This document shows positions 19,635 through 31,892 of a stretch of DNA of 64,000 nt, piece by piece. The notes under the pieces were generated by a model. That model ran no database searches. It was not told where the DNA came from and was given only the letters and a program-made list of their open reading frames with translations. Positions within the stretch are counted from its first letter, which is position 1. Each line of letters begins with the position of its first letter. The translations under genes and the position numbers were made by a program. The stretch is from an uncultured Bacteroidales bacterium. Lineage in GTDB: Bacteria > Bacteroidota > Bacteroidia > Bacteroidales > VadinHA17. Location: positions 251,171-315,170 of the forward strand of contig CAVRZV010000016.1 in assembly GCA_963725785.1 (NCBI GenBank), in the 5' to 3' direction.

Positions 19635-19749
19635 AAATTAATAGTCAGTCGATATAGATGCAAGTTTAGTATCTAAATTGTAAAGACTCCCGCTAGCGCG
19701 GGACTACTTTGCAATTGATTGAAAGAATGTAAACTTAAAAAACCAAAAA

Positions 19750-20496
19750 ATGCCAAGAACAAATTTCAAAGAATTACTTGATGCCGGTGTGCATTTCGGA
19801 CACCTTAAAAGAAAATGGAATCCTGCAATGGCTCCTTATATTTTTATGGAGCGTAACGGAATTCACATTATTGACCTTGAAAAAACAGCAGTAAAAATTG
19901 ATGAGGCTGCTTCAGCAATGAAACATATTGCCAAATCAGGTAAGAAAGTTTTATTTGTTGCAACTAAAAAACAGGCCAAAGAGATTGTTGCCGAAAAAGT
20001 AAAAGCAGTTAATATGCCTTATGTTACAGAACGTTGGCCGGGTGGTATGCTTACCAATTTCCCGACTATCCGTAAGGCAGTTAAGAAAATGTCATCTATC
20101 GACAAAATGGCTACTGACGGAACTTTTCTAAACCTTTCAAAACGTGAAAGACTGCAGGTTACCAGGCAGAGAGCAAAACTTGAAAAAACTCTTGGAAGTA
20201 TTATTGATCTTACAAGACTCCCATCAGCTCTTTTTATTGTTGATGTCAGCAAAGAACATATTGCCGTAAGGGAAGCAAAAAGACTTGGAATTCCTGTATT
20301 TGCAATGGTTGATACCAATTCTGATCCTTCTGATATTGAATTCCCGATCCCTGCAAATGATGATGCATCAAAATCAATTTCACTGATCATTGGCATCCTG
20401 TGCCAGGCTATCGAAGAGGGCCTTAATGAAAGAAAAATTGAAAAAGATAAGGAACCTCAGCATGAAAGACAAGAAAATAATGAGGAAAGAACTTGA
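19750..20496 (+). CDS. rpsB: 30S ribosomal protein S2
   Basis: 248 aa. Reads LLDAGVHFGH...WPGGMLTN.... The C-terminal end is possibly mis-called; see the finding on the acidic tail. Confidence 0.9.
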   Translation: MPRTNFKELLDAGVHFGHLKRKWNPAMAPYIFMERNGIHIIDLEKTAVKIDEAASAMKHIAKSGKKVLFVATKKQAKEIVAEKVKAVNMPYVTERWPGGMLTNFPTIRKAVKKMSSIDKMATDGTFLNLSKRERLQVTRQRAKLEKTLGSIIDLTRLPSALFIVDVSKEHIAVREAKRLGIPVFAMVDTNSDPSDIEFPIPANDDASKSISLIIGILCQAIEEGLNERKIEKDKEPQHERQENNEERT

Positions 20497-20685
20497 AACA
20501 AAAGATATTCCTGCTGCAATAATTGAGGCTATTGTTGAAGAAGAAGAAGAGGATAGAAGTGAAGATGAAGATGATGATGTAGTTCCGGTGAATCTGATGA
20601 AGAGGAAGATCTCGTTAAAGCAATTGATGAAACTGAAGAAGAATTGTAGAATAAAATAATTATAAACTAATATAAAGATATTACT

Positions 20686-21558
20686 ATGGCTGTTATAAAT
20701 GCTGCTGATGTTGCCAAATTAAGAAGAGTGACCCTGGCCGGAATGATGGACTGCAAAAAGGCTCTTGAAGAAGCTGAAGGCAACTTTGACAAAGCAATTG
20801 AAATAATACGCAAAAAAGGACAGGCAGTTGCAAATAAACGTGCTGACAGGGAAGCCTACAGAAGGAGTTGTTCTTTCAAAAGTATCTTCACGACGGAAAA
20901 CTCGGAGCAATAATTGTGCTGAACAGTGAAACTGATTTTGTTGCAAAGAATGCCGATTTCATGGCTCTTGCAAATAAAATCCTTGATATAGCGCTGTGCG
21001 AAAAAACCTGCAAATCTTGATGAACTTAAATCACTTCCACTGGATGGCGGAAAGATAGGTGATAAAATTGTTGAGTATGTTGGAATTATCGGTGAGAAGC
21101 TTGATCTTTCATATTACGAAAAAATCGAAGCTGCTCATGTTCAGGCTTATATTCACCCGGGAAACAGACTTGCCACTCTGGTAGGATTTACAAAATCAGG
21201 AGTCGATGTACAGGTTTACAAGGATGTTGCAATGCAGATCGCTGCAATGAATCCGGTAGCAGTTGATAAGGATTTTGTTCCTGAAACAGTTATTGCCCAG
21301 GAAATTGAAATCGGCAAGGAACAGGCAAGACGTGACGGAAAACCTGAAGATATGCTTGAGAAAATTGCCCAGGGCAAACTTACCAAATTCTTTAAAGAAA
21401 GTACTCTCCTTAACCAGGATTTTGTAAAGGATAATAAAATGACTATCAGACAGTATCTGCAATCTGTAAATAAGGAGCTGACTGTTACGGAATTTAAACG
21501 TTATTCTCTTAATCTTGTAATACGTAGGTTCATATTTCAATATTATGTGGCGCTCTAG
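20686..21558 (+). pseudogene. tsf: elongation factor Ts, interrupted by at least 3 single-base frameshifts (possible sequencing artefact)
   Basis: The N-terminus ([13 protein letters not shown]...KRADREA) is in frame 1. [11 protein letters not shown] is in frame 2 from about 20858. [23 protein letters not shown] is in frame 0 from about 20892. PANLDELK...MQIAAMNP...TEFKRYSLN is back in frame 1 from about 21007, after a 6-A run. Confidence 0.85.
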
Positions 21559-21571
21559 GCGCCACTTTTTT
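21547..21571 (+). terminator. Rho-independent terminator after tsf
   Basis: gtggcgc (21547-21553) pairs with gcgccac (21559-21565), followed by tttttt. Confidence 0.65.
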
Positions 21572-21642
21572 ATCTGTTCTGCACGACTCACCCTATTTTA
21601 ATAATTTCATATTTTCTATCTTTACATTAAAGAAACAATTTT

Positions 21643-22420
<778 letters not shown>

Positions 22421-22458
22421 GTAATTAACTGTATATCAAACTCTATAATCTGAACCAT

Positions 22459-23022
22459 ATGAACGAAGAAATTGAACTGATAACAGAAGAGACCAAGGAA
22501 AGAATGGAAAAAGCCCTTGAACATCTTGAACATGAACTTGCCAGGCTTCGTGCCGGAAGATCAAATCCTGCTCTTCTTGATGGTATTACAGTAGACTATT
22601 ATGGAGTTATTTCCCCATTGACCCAGGTTTCAAATATCAATACTCCTGATCCAAAAACAATTCTGATACAACCCTGGGAAAAAAATATGCTTGGGACAAT
22701 TGAAAAAGCAATTATGGCTGCAAATATCGGTCTTACACCTGTAAATAATGGTGAGGTTATCCGTATAAATATTCCTCCTCTTACTGAAGAAAGAAGGCAT
22801 CAGCTCGTTAAACAGGTCAGGAATGAAGGTGAAACAGCCAAGATCAGCATCCGGACTGCCCGGAAATGGGCAAATGACGAACTGAAACAGTCACTCAAAG
22901 ACGGATTGCCAGAAGATCTTGAAAAAGAAGCTGTTGATCTTGTACAGGAAATGACCCACTCTTTCAATACAAAAATTGATAAGGTAATGGCAATGAAAGA
23001 AAAAGATGTGATGACAGTTTGA
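22459..23022 (+). CDS. frr: ribosome recycling factor
   Basis: 187 aa and intact. Reads LRAGRSNPALLDGITVDYYG.... Confidence 0.95.
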   Translation: MNEEIELITEETKERMEKALEHLEHELARLRAGRSNPALLDGITVDYYGVISPLTQVSNINTPDPKTILIQPWEKNMLGTIEKAIMAANIGLTPVNNGEVIRINIPPLTEERRHQLVKQVRNEGETAKISIRTARKWANDELKQSLKDGLPEDLEKEAVDLVQEMTHSFNTKIDKVMAMKEKDVMTV

Positions 23023-23031
23023 TTTTTTCAA

Positions 23032-24002
23032 TTAATATCTTACTCCCCTCAACCCTGAAGTACAATTCCTGCATATTTCTATCATGTGCCGGCCCATTAA
23101 AATACTTTTTCTGAAAATCCTGTATTTTGGTCCGTTCCAGATGTCAGTGAATGAATCATGATTAAGATCTCCCATCTCATGCTCTGCATTTTTATCAAAA
23201 CAACATGGAATTACTTTCCCATCCCAAGTTATTACCGGATTGAACCAAAGTCTGGCACATTTGTCAGGCATGGTATTTTTAATGACAAATCCCCCGTCTG
23301 TCATTTTATACCTGCTGAACTTTCCGATTGATGGTGTCCAGAATTCAATATCTGCGTTATCAATGATCTGCATCGATTTCAAACGGAGCGGGGCGTTCAC
23401 GCTTTTTGCTAAAAGTCTGATCTCAGGAATCTGATGTTCGTTAAGTCTGTTTACAAGAAATTGTAACTCAATGTTTAAAGATGAATTGTGTATATGTTTT
23501 GCCGGGTTACATTTTTTATTCCATCAATAACAGAATTAATGCTTCCATTTACCCTGTACGCCGAATATGTTCGCTGGTCGATACCATCGATCGATATGAT
23601 CAGTTTATTCAATCCTGATAGTGCAATTCTTTCCGAGTTTTCAACTGACAGAAAATGACCATTCGTTGATACAATAGTATAAGGTTTCGGGCAATCATCT
23701 ATAAATGAGAAGAATAAAGGATGCAGCATGGGTTCACCCTGAAAATAGAGATTCAGACAATAAAGGTAGGGAGATAGTTCCTTAATGACCCTGTTAAAAA
23801 GACCGATATCCATAAATCCACTCTTTCTCAGCATCATGCCTGAACCTGTTGAACATTGGGGACAGTGAAGATTACATCTGTTGGTAAGCTCAGTACTTAC
23901 AGCAATTGGCATACCTTTGATATCTGCCTTACCTGTAACTGAGCCTTTCAGATAAGAATATCCTGACCTGATAAAATTAAAAGGTTTAATAAGACCTTCC
24001 AT
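23032..24002 (-). pseudogene. radical SAM / SPASM-like protein split by one frameshift near 23400-23480
   Basis: The N-terminal ORF carries CNLHCPQC (CX3CX2C). The C-terminal ORF carries a Cys-rich SPASM-like tail (PCCFD...CRNC). The two halves are contiguous apart from the frame change. Confidence 0.7.
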
Positions 24003-24078
24003 AATTGAGTTTAAAATTGCAAAACAACCTGTTTATTAGCACAGTGATTTAATAATTTTATCTTCCACTAATCTGAAA

Positions 24079-24174
24079 TACCCCCTTCCCAGCCCCCGCC
24101 GAAGCGGGGCAGGCTTTCCCCCACGGGGGAGGGAGTAATAACATTTCCCCCTTGGGGGAAAACGAAAGGGGGTA
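24079..24174. repeat. C5/G5 palindrome cluster (second locus)
   Basis: ccccgc-cgaa-gcgggg, tccccc-ac-ggggga and tttccccc-tt-gggggaaa (24144-24161) are enclosed by taccccctt ... aagggggta. It lies in a divergent intergenic region. Confidence 0.65.
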
Positions 24175-24345
24175 AAAGTCGCTTGATATAACTTCGGTAC
24201 CAATTAATGAGGGTAAGATATAAAAAATAATAGTCATGATATAATAGGGTATAATGTCAGGTCAAAGGTCTTAGTGTTGAAATGGAAAGAATACGGTATT
24301 CGGAAACAAAATGAATTTAAATTAAAAACTTAATAAATTAATACC

Positions 24346-25659
24346 ATGAAAACTTTTAAACATTTTTCGCTTATTGCAGTAGTTCTTCTGCTGGCCTTTG
24401 CGGCCCAGACTGCATATGCCGGGAATAACTCAGGTAAAAAAAAGAACGACCAACAGAATCTTGTAACAATTAAAGGGAAGGTTGTTGATGCAGAAAGCAG
24501 AGCTCCTCTTGTGTTTGCAACTGTTGCCGTAAAAGAATCAAATGTAGCAATTGTAACAAACATTGATGGAGAATTCACTCTTAAAGTTGGGGACCTTTCA
24601 ACATCAAAAAGCCTTGAGGTCTCATTTCTGGGATATAAAAACAAAACTATTCCTCTAAGTGATCTTAAAGACAATGGTTATAAAAATGTTATTGCGCTTG
24701 AGTCAGCACCTATTCCTATTAAGGAGATTATTGTCAAACCTCTTGATCCTATCAGTATTGTCGAGAAAACTATCAATAACAGAGATAAAAACTACGAGAC
24801 AGTTCCAAATCTGATGACTGCATTCTACAGGGAGACTATAAGAAAGAACCGTACTTATGTATCAATAGGAGAAGCAGTTGTTGAGATCTTCAAAGCGCCT
24901 TATAATAGTGATATTCGTTATGATAATGCCAGGATCTATAAAGGAAGAAAAAGTACTGATGTTGAAAAAATGGACACAGTTCTGTTTAAACTTCAGGGAG
25001 GTCCGATAAGCGTTTTAGAGCTTGATATTGTTAAAAACTCTGAATCTGTTCTTACCAGGGAAGCTATGGAGAATTATAATTACTCGCTTTCCGGTGTTAT
25101 CGAAATCGATAATAAGCCGCACTATGTGATTGACTTTATTCAAAAACCATCGGTTGAAATACCATTATTCATGGGAAGTCTTTACATTGATATGGACTCC
25201 TATGCATTAACTGAGGCAGAATTCGGATTCAATCTTTCAAACAAAGAGGCTGCACAATCGATTTTTATCAGGAAGAAACCGCTCGGAATGAAAGTGACCC
25301 CGGAAATTGCAACCTACAGGACAAAATACCGTGAACAGGGTGGCAAATGGCATTTTGCATACTCCAGAGCTGAAGTTAAATTTAAAGTCAACTGGACTAA
25401 AAAACTCTTCAATACATATTATACAACAATGTCAGAAATAGCCGTTACTGATCGTACTGACCAGGAAGTTATTAAATTTGCAGGGAAAGATAAGATCAGG
25501 TACAATGACGTGTTTTCAGATAAGGTCACTGCCTTTACCGATAAAGAATTCTGGGGAGATTATAACGTGATTGAACCCGACCAGAGCATTGAATCAGCAA
25601 TACGCAGACTTAGCAGAAAACTAAAATTCAGCGATAGAGAAAATAACAAGCAAGAATAG
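24346..25659 (+). CDS. secreted CarboxypepD_reg-like domain protein (paralog of pseudogene 27216-28773)
   Basis: 437 aa with a signal peptide and an N-terminal carboxypeptidase-regulatory-like beta-sandwich (IKGKVVDAESRAPLVFATVAV...TNIDGEF). Confidence 0.65.
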   Translation: MKTFKHFSLIAVVLLLAFAAQTAYAGNNSGKKKNDQQNLVTIKGKVVDAESRAPLVFATVAVKESNVAIVTNIDGEFTLKVGDLSTSKSLEVSFLGYKNKTIPLSDLKDNGYKNVIALESAPIPIKEIIVKPLDPISIVEKTINNRDKNYETVPNLMTAFYRETIRKNRTYVSIGEAVVEIFKAPYNSDIRYDNARIYKGRKSTDVEKMDTVLFKLQGGPISVLELDIVKNSESVLTREAMENYNYSLSGVIEIDNKPHYVIDFIQKPSVEIPLFMGSLYIDMDSYALTEAEFGFNLSNKEAAQSIFIRKKPLGMKVTPEIATYRTKYREQGGKWHFAYSRAEVKFKVNWTKKLFNTYYTTMSEIAVTDRTDQEVIKFAGKDKIRYNDVFSDKVTAFTDKEFWGDYNVIEPDQSIESAIRRLSRKLKFSDRENNKQE

Positions 25660-25663
25660 ATCT

Positions 25664-26196
25664 ATGATCAGGGATACTGAGATAATTGGGAGGATCCGAA
25701 AAGGCGATGTAGAACAGTTTGAGATGCTTTTCCGATCCTCCTATGTTTCCCTGGTACGATACGCTAAGACTCTGATAAAAGATCATGATACTGCTGAAGA
25801 AATAGTACAGGATCTGTTTTTCAGACTATGGCAGGACAAGGAAAAATTAAATATTGAAAGTTCTTTAAATGGTTATCTCTTCAGATCAGTTCACAATAAA
25901 TGCCTGCATTATATTGAGCATATCAGGGTTGTTGAACGGCATGCTGAAGATATGTCGAACCGCCAGGTGGAAAGTCACGAGAGCCCTTCAGACATCCTTA
26001 ATTACAAAGAGCTCCAGGAAAAATAGCAAGGATTCTGGAAAGACTTCCTGAAAGATGCGGAAAGATTTTTTACATGAGCAGATTTGAAGGATTAAAATAT
26101 GCTGAGATAGCTGAAAAGTTATCTGTCTCGATAAAAACTGTTGAAGCAAATATGGGCAGGGCACTTAAGGAATTCAGAAAGGAATTAGCAGAATAA
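25664..26196 (+). pseudogene. ECF (sigma-70 family) sigma factor with one frameshift at an A-run near 26020
   Basis: Region 2 (DTAEEIVQDLFFRLW) is in frame 2. Region 4 (LPERCGKIFYMSRFEGLKYAEIAEKLSVSIKTVEANMGRAL) is in frame 1 and ends at TAA 26194-26196. Confidence 0.8.
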
Positions 26197-27202
26197 TGAA
26201 AGAGATGAAAAAAATAGAGAGATTTACTGACAAGGAATGGGAAGAACTTGCTTCTATCCTTTCAGATGAGAAGGATGAAGTCAGATCTCCTCAAGCCGGT
26301 TTATGGCTGAGGATATCAATGATACCGGAAAACAGTGGAAAGATTTAAAGAATATGAATAGTGAAGAGGAAATAGATGTTGATAATGCCTGGAATAAAGT
26401 TTATTCAAGGTTGAAGGAAAATGAACTATTAGAAAGTACAGTCATGCCAGAATCAGTTTTATGAGACCATCCATTTTAAGAATTGCAGCATTGCTCTTAT
26501 TTTGTTAAGCCTTGGATCCGCCTGCTATTTACATGTATAACTCAGGTATTTTCAGTAAAAAAATTACTGCTACTGCCGGAAATGATCAGAAGAATCTCCT
26601 GGTTTCTCTTCCCGATGGAAGCAAGATCTTTCTTAACCGGAATTCTGAATTGAGCTACCGCACAAATTTCGGCGAAACAAAGCAGGGATGTAAAACTTAA
26701 CGGGTGAAGCCTTCTTTGAAATATCCCCGATGATGCTTCAAAACCTTTCATAATCGATGCCGGAAAAGCAAAAGTAAAAGTTGTCGGAACATCATTCAAT
26801 GTTATAACAAAAAATAAGGAATCTGCAGTTGAGGTCTTTGTAAAAACAGGGAAGGTGTTGCTTTCCGATAATTCAGGATCACAATCGCTTCAGCTCGATC
26901 CTGGCTATATTGGGACAATGGACTCAAAGACATCGGGAAAAAACGTCAATAACGATCCGAACTACCTTTCGTGGAAAACCGGTCAACTTGTTTACACCGA
27001 TCAAAAGTGAAGGTTGTATTCAAGGATCTGAAGAAGGTCTATAATATGGATATTGTTGCTGATGATCCCTCTATTCTTGAATACCCATGGACATTCCCCT
27101 ATTGATAATTCGTCGCAGGAAACAATAATTCGTTTAATTTGTCGTAGCTTTAACCTGAGTTATACAAAAGATGGCAATGTTTACCATCTTACAAAAAAAT
27201 AA
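26196..27202 (+). pseudogene. FecR-type anti-sigma factor, many frameshifts
   Basis: The start overlaps the sigma stop (TAATG). FecR-like fragments (AGKAKVKVVGTSFNVITK, VFVKTGKVLLSD, LSWKTGQLVY, IIRLICRSFNLSYTKDGNVYHL) are scattered over all three frames. Confidence 0.7.
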
Positions 27203-27215
27203 CTCATTATAAAAA

Positions 27216-28773
27216 ATGTCATTGTCAGATGGCAATATTTTTATAAAAGTCCTTGCCATTGCATTGTTCACAATACTGATATTACCCCAAAGAGCCGAAT
27301 TGCCAGCGAAGCATTCTTGACTCGACATTTACCTTCAAAGCGGGTACAGTGAAAACAGGCAATGCACTAGATATTATTACCAGACAAACCGGTTACAATT
27401 TTACTTACGACAGCCGTCTTATTGACCAGGAAAAGAGACGGTAATGACTTTCAGAGATACAAAACTCAGAGTGATTCTGAATAGTATTCTGAAGAATGAT
27501 TCCCTTGTTTTTTCTGTAATTGATAAATATATAATCATTTCGCGTCCTGAAGTATCTCCTTCATTCCTGCAGATACGTCATTGCACCTGAAAGAGTAAAA
27601 TATATCACAGGTAAAATTATTGATGATGAGACATTCGAACCCTTACCTTTTGCCACACTCGCACTAAAAAATACAGGGAGAGGTACTAGTATCAAATAAT
27701 AATGGTGAATTTGGAATGAATAATCACATCCTGATCTCTTTGACGACACTCTTTCGGTTTCATATCTTGGATATTCCGGAAGGGAAATTCCTGTTGAAAA
27801 AGCCTTCGGAAACAACCTTACAATTACGATGAAACGAGAATTATATCTCCATTCCTGAGATCATCATAAAAAATCAGAATCCACAGGAGATAATTTACAG
27901 GGCGCTAAAATCAATACCTAAAAATTATGGTAACACACCTGCTTTCATGACAGGCTTTTACAGGGAAGGAATTTTGAAGAAAATCTGAACTTCAGACCTA
28001 TTCTGAAGCAATTTTGCAGATTTATAAGAGCTCATATTCCGGAACGTATTCGGCGATCAGATCAAAGTTTACAAAAGCAGGAAGATCGAGAATGCAGACC
28101 GAAGCGATACACTTGCATTACGGCTTAAAGCAGGTCTGAGCACCTGTCTCGATCTGGACGGAGCTAAGAATATCTTTGAATTTCTTACCGGAGAGTATGG
28201 CTGATTATGTTACAGGATAACAGATATTGTTACTTACGATGATGAAACAGCTTATGCGATCGAATTTGAACAAAGAGCAAGTGTTGACCTGCCTCTTTTT
28301 AAAGGCACTATTTATATCAATACATGCTGATTATGGCATCCTGAATGCTGAATTTGAGATAAACCCGAAGTATGATCCATAAGATGAAAGATTCATATGT
28401 TTCAACTGCATCACACGGATTTAACACATGGCCTATATCGGTAAAATACTCTGTCAGTTACCGGAAAATGAACAACAGGTATTTTTTAAATCATGTAAGA
28501 GGCGATCTTATATTTACATCAAGCCAGAAGAAGAAACTGTTCAATACGCAGTTTAAAGTGTTTTTTGAACTTGGCAATTACTGAAACTGAGTTAATAGAA
28601 TGTAACACGGTTTGACAGGGAAGAACTTGCTCCGATTCATTCAATTTTTTCAAAGACAATAAACAGCTATGACCCCCTGTTCTGGGGAGAATCAGGATTT
28701 CCTCCGGCCCGAAGACAATCTGCTTCAGGCTCTCAAGAACATGAATGTGAAACTTCAGGAATTTTCGAAATAA
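27216..28773 (+). pseudogene. STN-domain plus CarboxypepD_reg-like outer-membrane protein, heavily frameshifted
   Basis: An STN-like segment (GNALDIITRQTGYNFTYDSRLI...LVFSVIDKYIIISRP) is followed by ITGKIIDDETFEPLPFATLALKN. Later fragments parallel the 24346-25659 protein (PAFMTGFYREGI versus LMTAFYRETI). There are more than 10 frame changes. Confidence 0.6.
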
Positions 28774-28789
28774 TTGAATTTCAGTATTT

Positions 28790-29800
28790 CTATTTATCAG
28801 ATTATACAGTTCCGTCAGATCTGGCGTAAGTACGATCTCAGTTCTTCTGTTCTTCTGACGGGCATCTGAAGTATTACGATCATCTACAGGAAGGTATTGG
28901 CTTCTTCCTGAGGCAGTCAGATCGTTTTGGCATCAATCCTTGATCCTTCAAGAAGCACTCTGATAACCGTAGTAGCCCTTTTAACACTTAAGTCCCAGTT
29001 GTCCTTCAGCTGGCTATTCCCGGGGTTATAAGGAACATTATCAGTATGGCCTTCGATCATGACCTGTATATCCGGATTTTTTTCAAGAACACCTGCCAGT
29101 TTTTTCAATGCATTTTTTCCATTGGCATCAATATCCCAGCTGGCCGATTTAAACAAGAGCTTTTCATCCAGTGAGACATAGACTTTACCGTTCTTCATTG
29201 TAACTGTAAGTCCGTTGTTTTCAAAACCGAGCAGAGCTTCAGATACTTTATTCTTCAGATCCTGTACAATTTTCTTCTGCGCGTCAAGTATTTTTTCCAG
29301 TTCAGCCATTCTTGCATTTCTCTTTTCTAGTTCAAAAGTAAGCTCGATCAAGAGATGCCTTTTTTGTATCAAGGTTTTGTCCAAGCTGACGAAGAAGATC
29401 TTCTTTCTTCTGAAGGTTTGCCTGAGCTGTCTGCAGCTCGGAAAGCAATTTTTGAGTTTCTTTCACATTGCCTTTGATAAGATCCTCCTGTGCATTCTGT
29501 AATTCGTTGTATTTGGATAAGATTCTGTTATAATCATCAACAGCCTTATCGCGTTCAGTTCTGAGCAGCTGTAATATCCTGTCTTACAGTATCTATCTCC
29601 TTTTCAAGGGAAGCAAGTTTTGCCTTCAATTCTTTGTTTTGCATTTCAAGACCAATGTTGTCGGTCTTAAAAGCATCTCTCTCATTCATGAATTGTCTGC
29701 TGGTATCCTGCAGACTACTGAACTTCTTTCCGGAAACACATGATATTGAAAATATTACAAGAGCTAAAATTCCCGGAATGTAAAAAATTGATCTCTTCAT
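28790..29800 (-). pseudogene. OmpA/MotB-family lipoprotein with a coiled-coil N-terminal region, frameshifted; 3' end uncertain
   Basis: There is a signal peptide and lipobox (IFSISC) and a coiled-coil region. OmpA_C motifs (IEGHTDNVPY...NWDLSVKRA, then DLTASGRS...NRRTEIVLTP) lie in different frames. Confidence 0.7.
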
Positions 29801-29926
29801 AATCTCAATTTGATTTTATTTATAACATCTGCCCCTAGTAAAAATTGTATCCGATCCATTGAATTCCAAAACAAAAATAAGAAAATCCCGGGTATGCATC
29901 AGCAATCACTCAGGAATAATAATTGT

Positions 29927-29934
29927 TATATTTG
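29927..29934 (+). promoter_or_regulatory. putative Bacteroidetes -7 box (TAnnTTTG) upstream of dxs
   Basis: tatatttg lies 28 nt upstream of ATG 29962. This argues against the ORF-track alternative start at 29923. Confidence 0.35.
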
Positions 29935-29961
29935 CAGGTTACTTCTTTTAACCATCTCCTA

Positions 29962-31892
29962 ATGGACAGGGAAGAGAATTTACTCTCTAAAATATATACT
30001 CCTGATGATCTCAGGAAACTTACTCCGGACGATCTTGCGCAGGTGAGTAACGAACTCCGGCAGTTCATTATTGATGTTGTGTGCAATAATCCCGGCCATT
30101 TCGGAGCCAGTCTTGGAGTGGTTGAGTTGACTGTAGCTCTTCATTATGTATTTAATACTCCTTACGATAAAATCATATGGGATGTCGGGCATCAGGCCTA
30201 TGGACATAAGATTCTTACCGGAAGGCGCGAAAATTTCGCTACCAACAGAAAGTATAAAGGGATAAGCGGATTCCCAAAGATGGCTGAAAGTGAGTATGAT
30301 GCATTTGGCACCGGCCACTCTTCGACTTCAATTTCGGCCGCTCTCGGGATGGCTGTTGCTGCAGGGAGCAAAGGAGAGAACAGGCATGTTGTTGCAGTGA
30401 TTGGTGATGGAGCAATGACGGCAGGACAGGCATTTGAAGGTCTCAATAATGCAGGTATCGGCAAGTCAGATATCCTTGTGATCCTTAATGATAACAATAT
30501 TGCAATCGATGCTAATGTAGGTGCCCTGAAGGAATACCTTCTTGATATTACCACAAGCAAAACCTATAACAGGTTCAAGGACAGGGTATGGAAAATGCTC
30601 GGAATATTCGGAAAACTTGGTCCGAATGCCCGGACACTTGCTGCACAGCTTGAAGCAGGAGCCAAAAGCACAATACTCGACAGAAGCAATCTTTTTGAGG
30701 GTCTCAATTTCAGGTATTTCGGTCCGATCGACGGTCATGATGTCCTGCATCTGACAAGAGTTCTTGAGGATCTGAAGAGAAATTCCCGGACCAAAATTAC
30801 TTCATTGTCTTACGGTTAAAGGAAAGGGTTTCAAACAGGCTGAAGAGGATCAGACTACTTTCCATGCACCGGGAAGATTCAACAAAAAAACAGGTGAGAT
30901 AATCAAAACATCAGTTGAAGATTCTCCACCTCCTTACCAGGAGGTATTTGGAAATACTATTCTGGAACTTGCACGACTCAACGATAAGATAGTAGGTATA
31001 ACTCCGGCTATGCCAACAGGGTGTTCTCTCAATATTATGATGAAGGAGATGCCGGAAAGAACATTTGATGTGGGGATTGCGGAACAACATGCCGTGACTT
31101 TTTCTGCAGGACTTGCGACACAGGGTATGATCCCCTACTGCAATATCTATTCCTCATTTATACAGAGAGCTTACGACCAGATAATTCATGATGTTGCACT
31201 CCAGAATCTGCATGTTGTATTTTGTATCGACAGAGGAGGACTTGTCGGAGCCGATGGTGCCACACATCATGGATTTTTCGATATGGCATTTATGCGCAAT
31301 TCCCAATATGGTCGTCTCTGCCCCGATGGATGAGATTGAACTGAGGAATCTTATGTATACTGCTCAGCTTGAGAAAAACAAATTTCCATTTTCAATCCGT
31401 TATCCACGCGGCCGAGGTATATTTACCGACTGGAAAAAACCTTTCAGCGAGATTGAAATCGGAAAAGCCCGGCAGATAAGTGAAGGCAATGATCTGGCTA
31501 TGTTATCTATCGGCCATCCCGGAGTAGTTGTTTCTTCAGTTGTAAGTAAACTTTCAAAAGAAAATATTTCAGTTGCACATTTTGATATGCGGTTCGTTAC
31601 TCCTCTTGATAAGGATGTCCTTCATTCTGTATTTAAGAAATTCAAACATATAATCACTGTTGAGGATGGGATACTTAAAGGCGGATTCGGAAGTGCCGTT
31701 ATTGAATTTATGTGCGATAATGGGTACAACTCTGAGGTAAGGCGGCTCGGTATACCAGACTATTTTGTGGAGCACGGGACACAGGAAGAACTTTATCGGG
31801 AGTGCGGATTTGATGCTGAAGGGATTGAACTGGCGATAAGGGAAATACTTGTGAAAATGAAAGGGAGAAAGGGAGAAGGGGGGAATGGGTGA
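29962..31892 (+). pseudogene. dxs: 1-deoxy-D-xylulose-5-phosphate synthase, at least 2 frameshifts (possible sequencing artefact)
   Basis: MDREENLLSKI...GHSSTSISAALGMA...GDGAMTAGQAFE is in frame 1. [17 protein letters not shown]...[12 protein letters not shown]...[15 protein letters not shown] is in frame 2 from about 30782. [12 protein letters not shown]... to the end is in frame 0. Confidence 0.9.

Noticed and set aside
19685-19705. The small hairpin tcccgc-tagc-gcggga after rpsI as a terminator.
   Set aside because: The stem is only 6 bp and no T-run follows. rpsI and rpsB are usually co-transcribed, so there is not enough support to call it.
29923-29961. ORF-track alternative start for dxs (MLYLQVTSFNHLL...).
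   Set aside because: It would begin upstream of, and overlap, the TAtaTTTG -7 box. The ATG at 29962 (MDREENLLSKIYTPDDL) matches normal Dxs N-termini.
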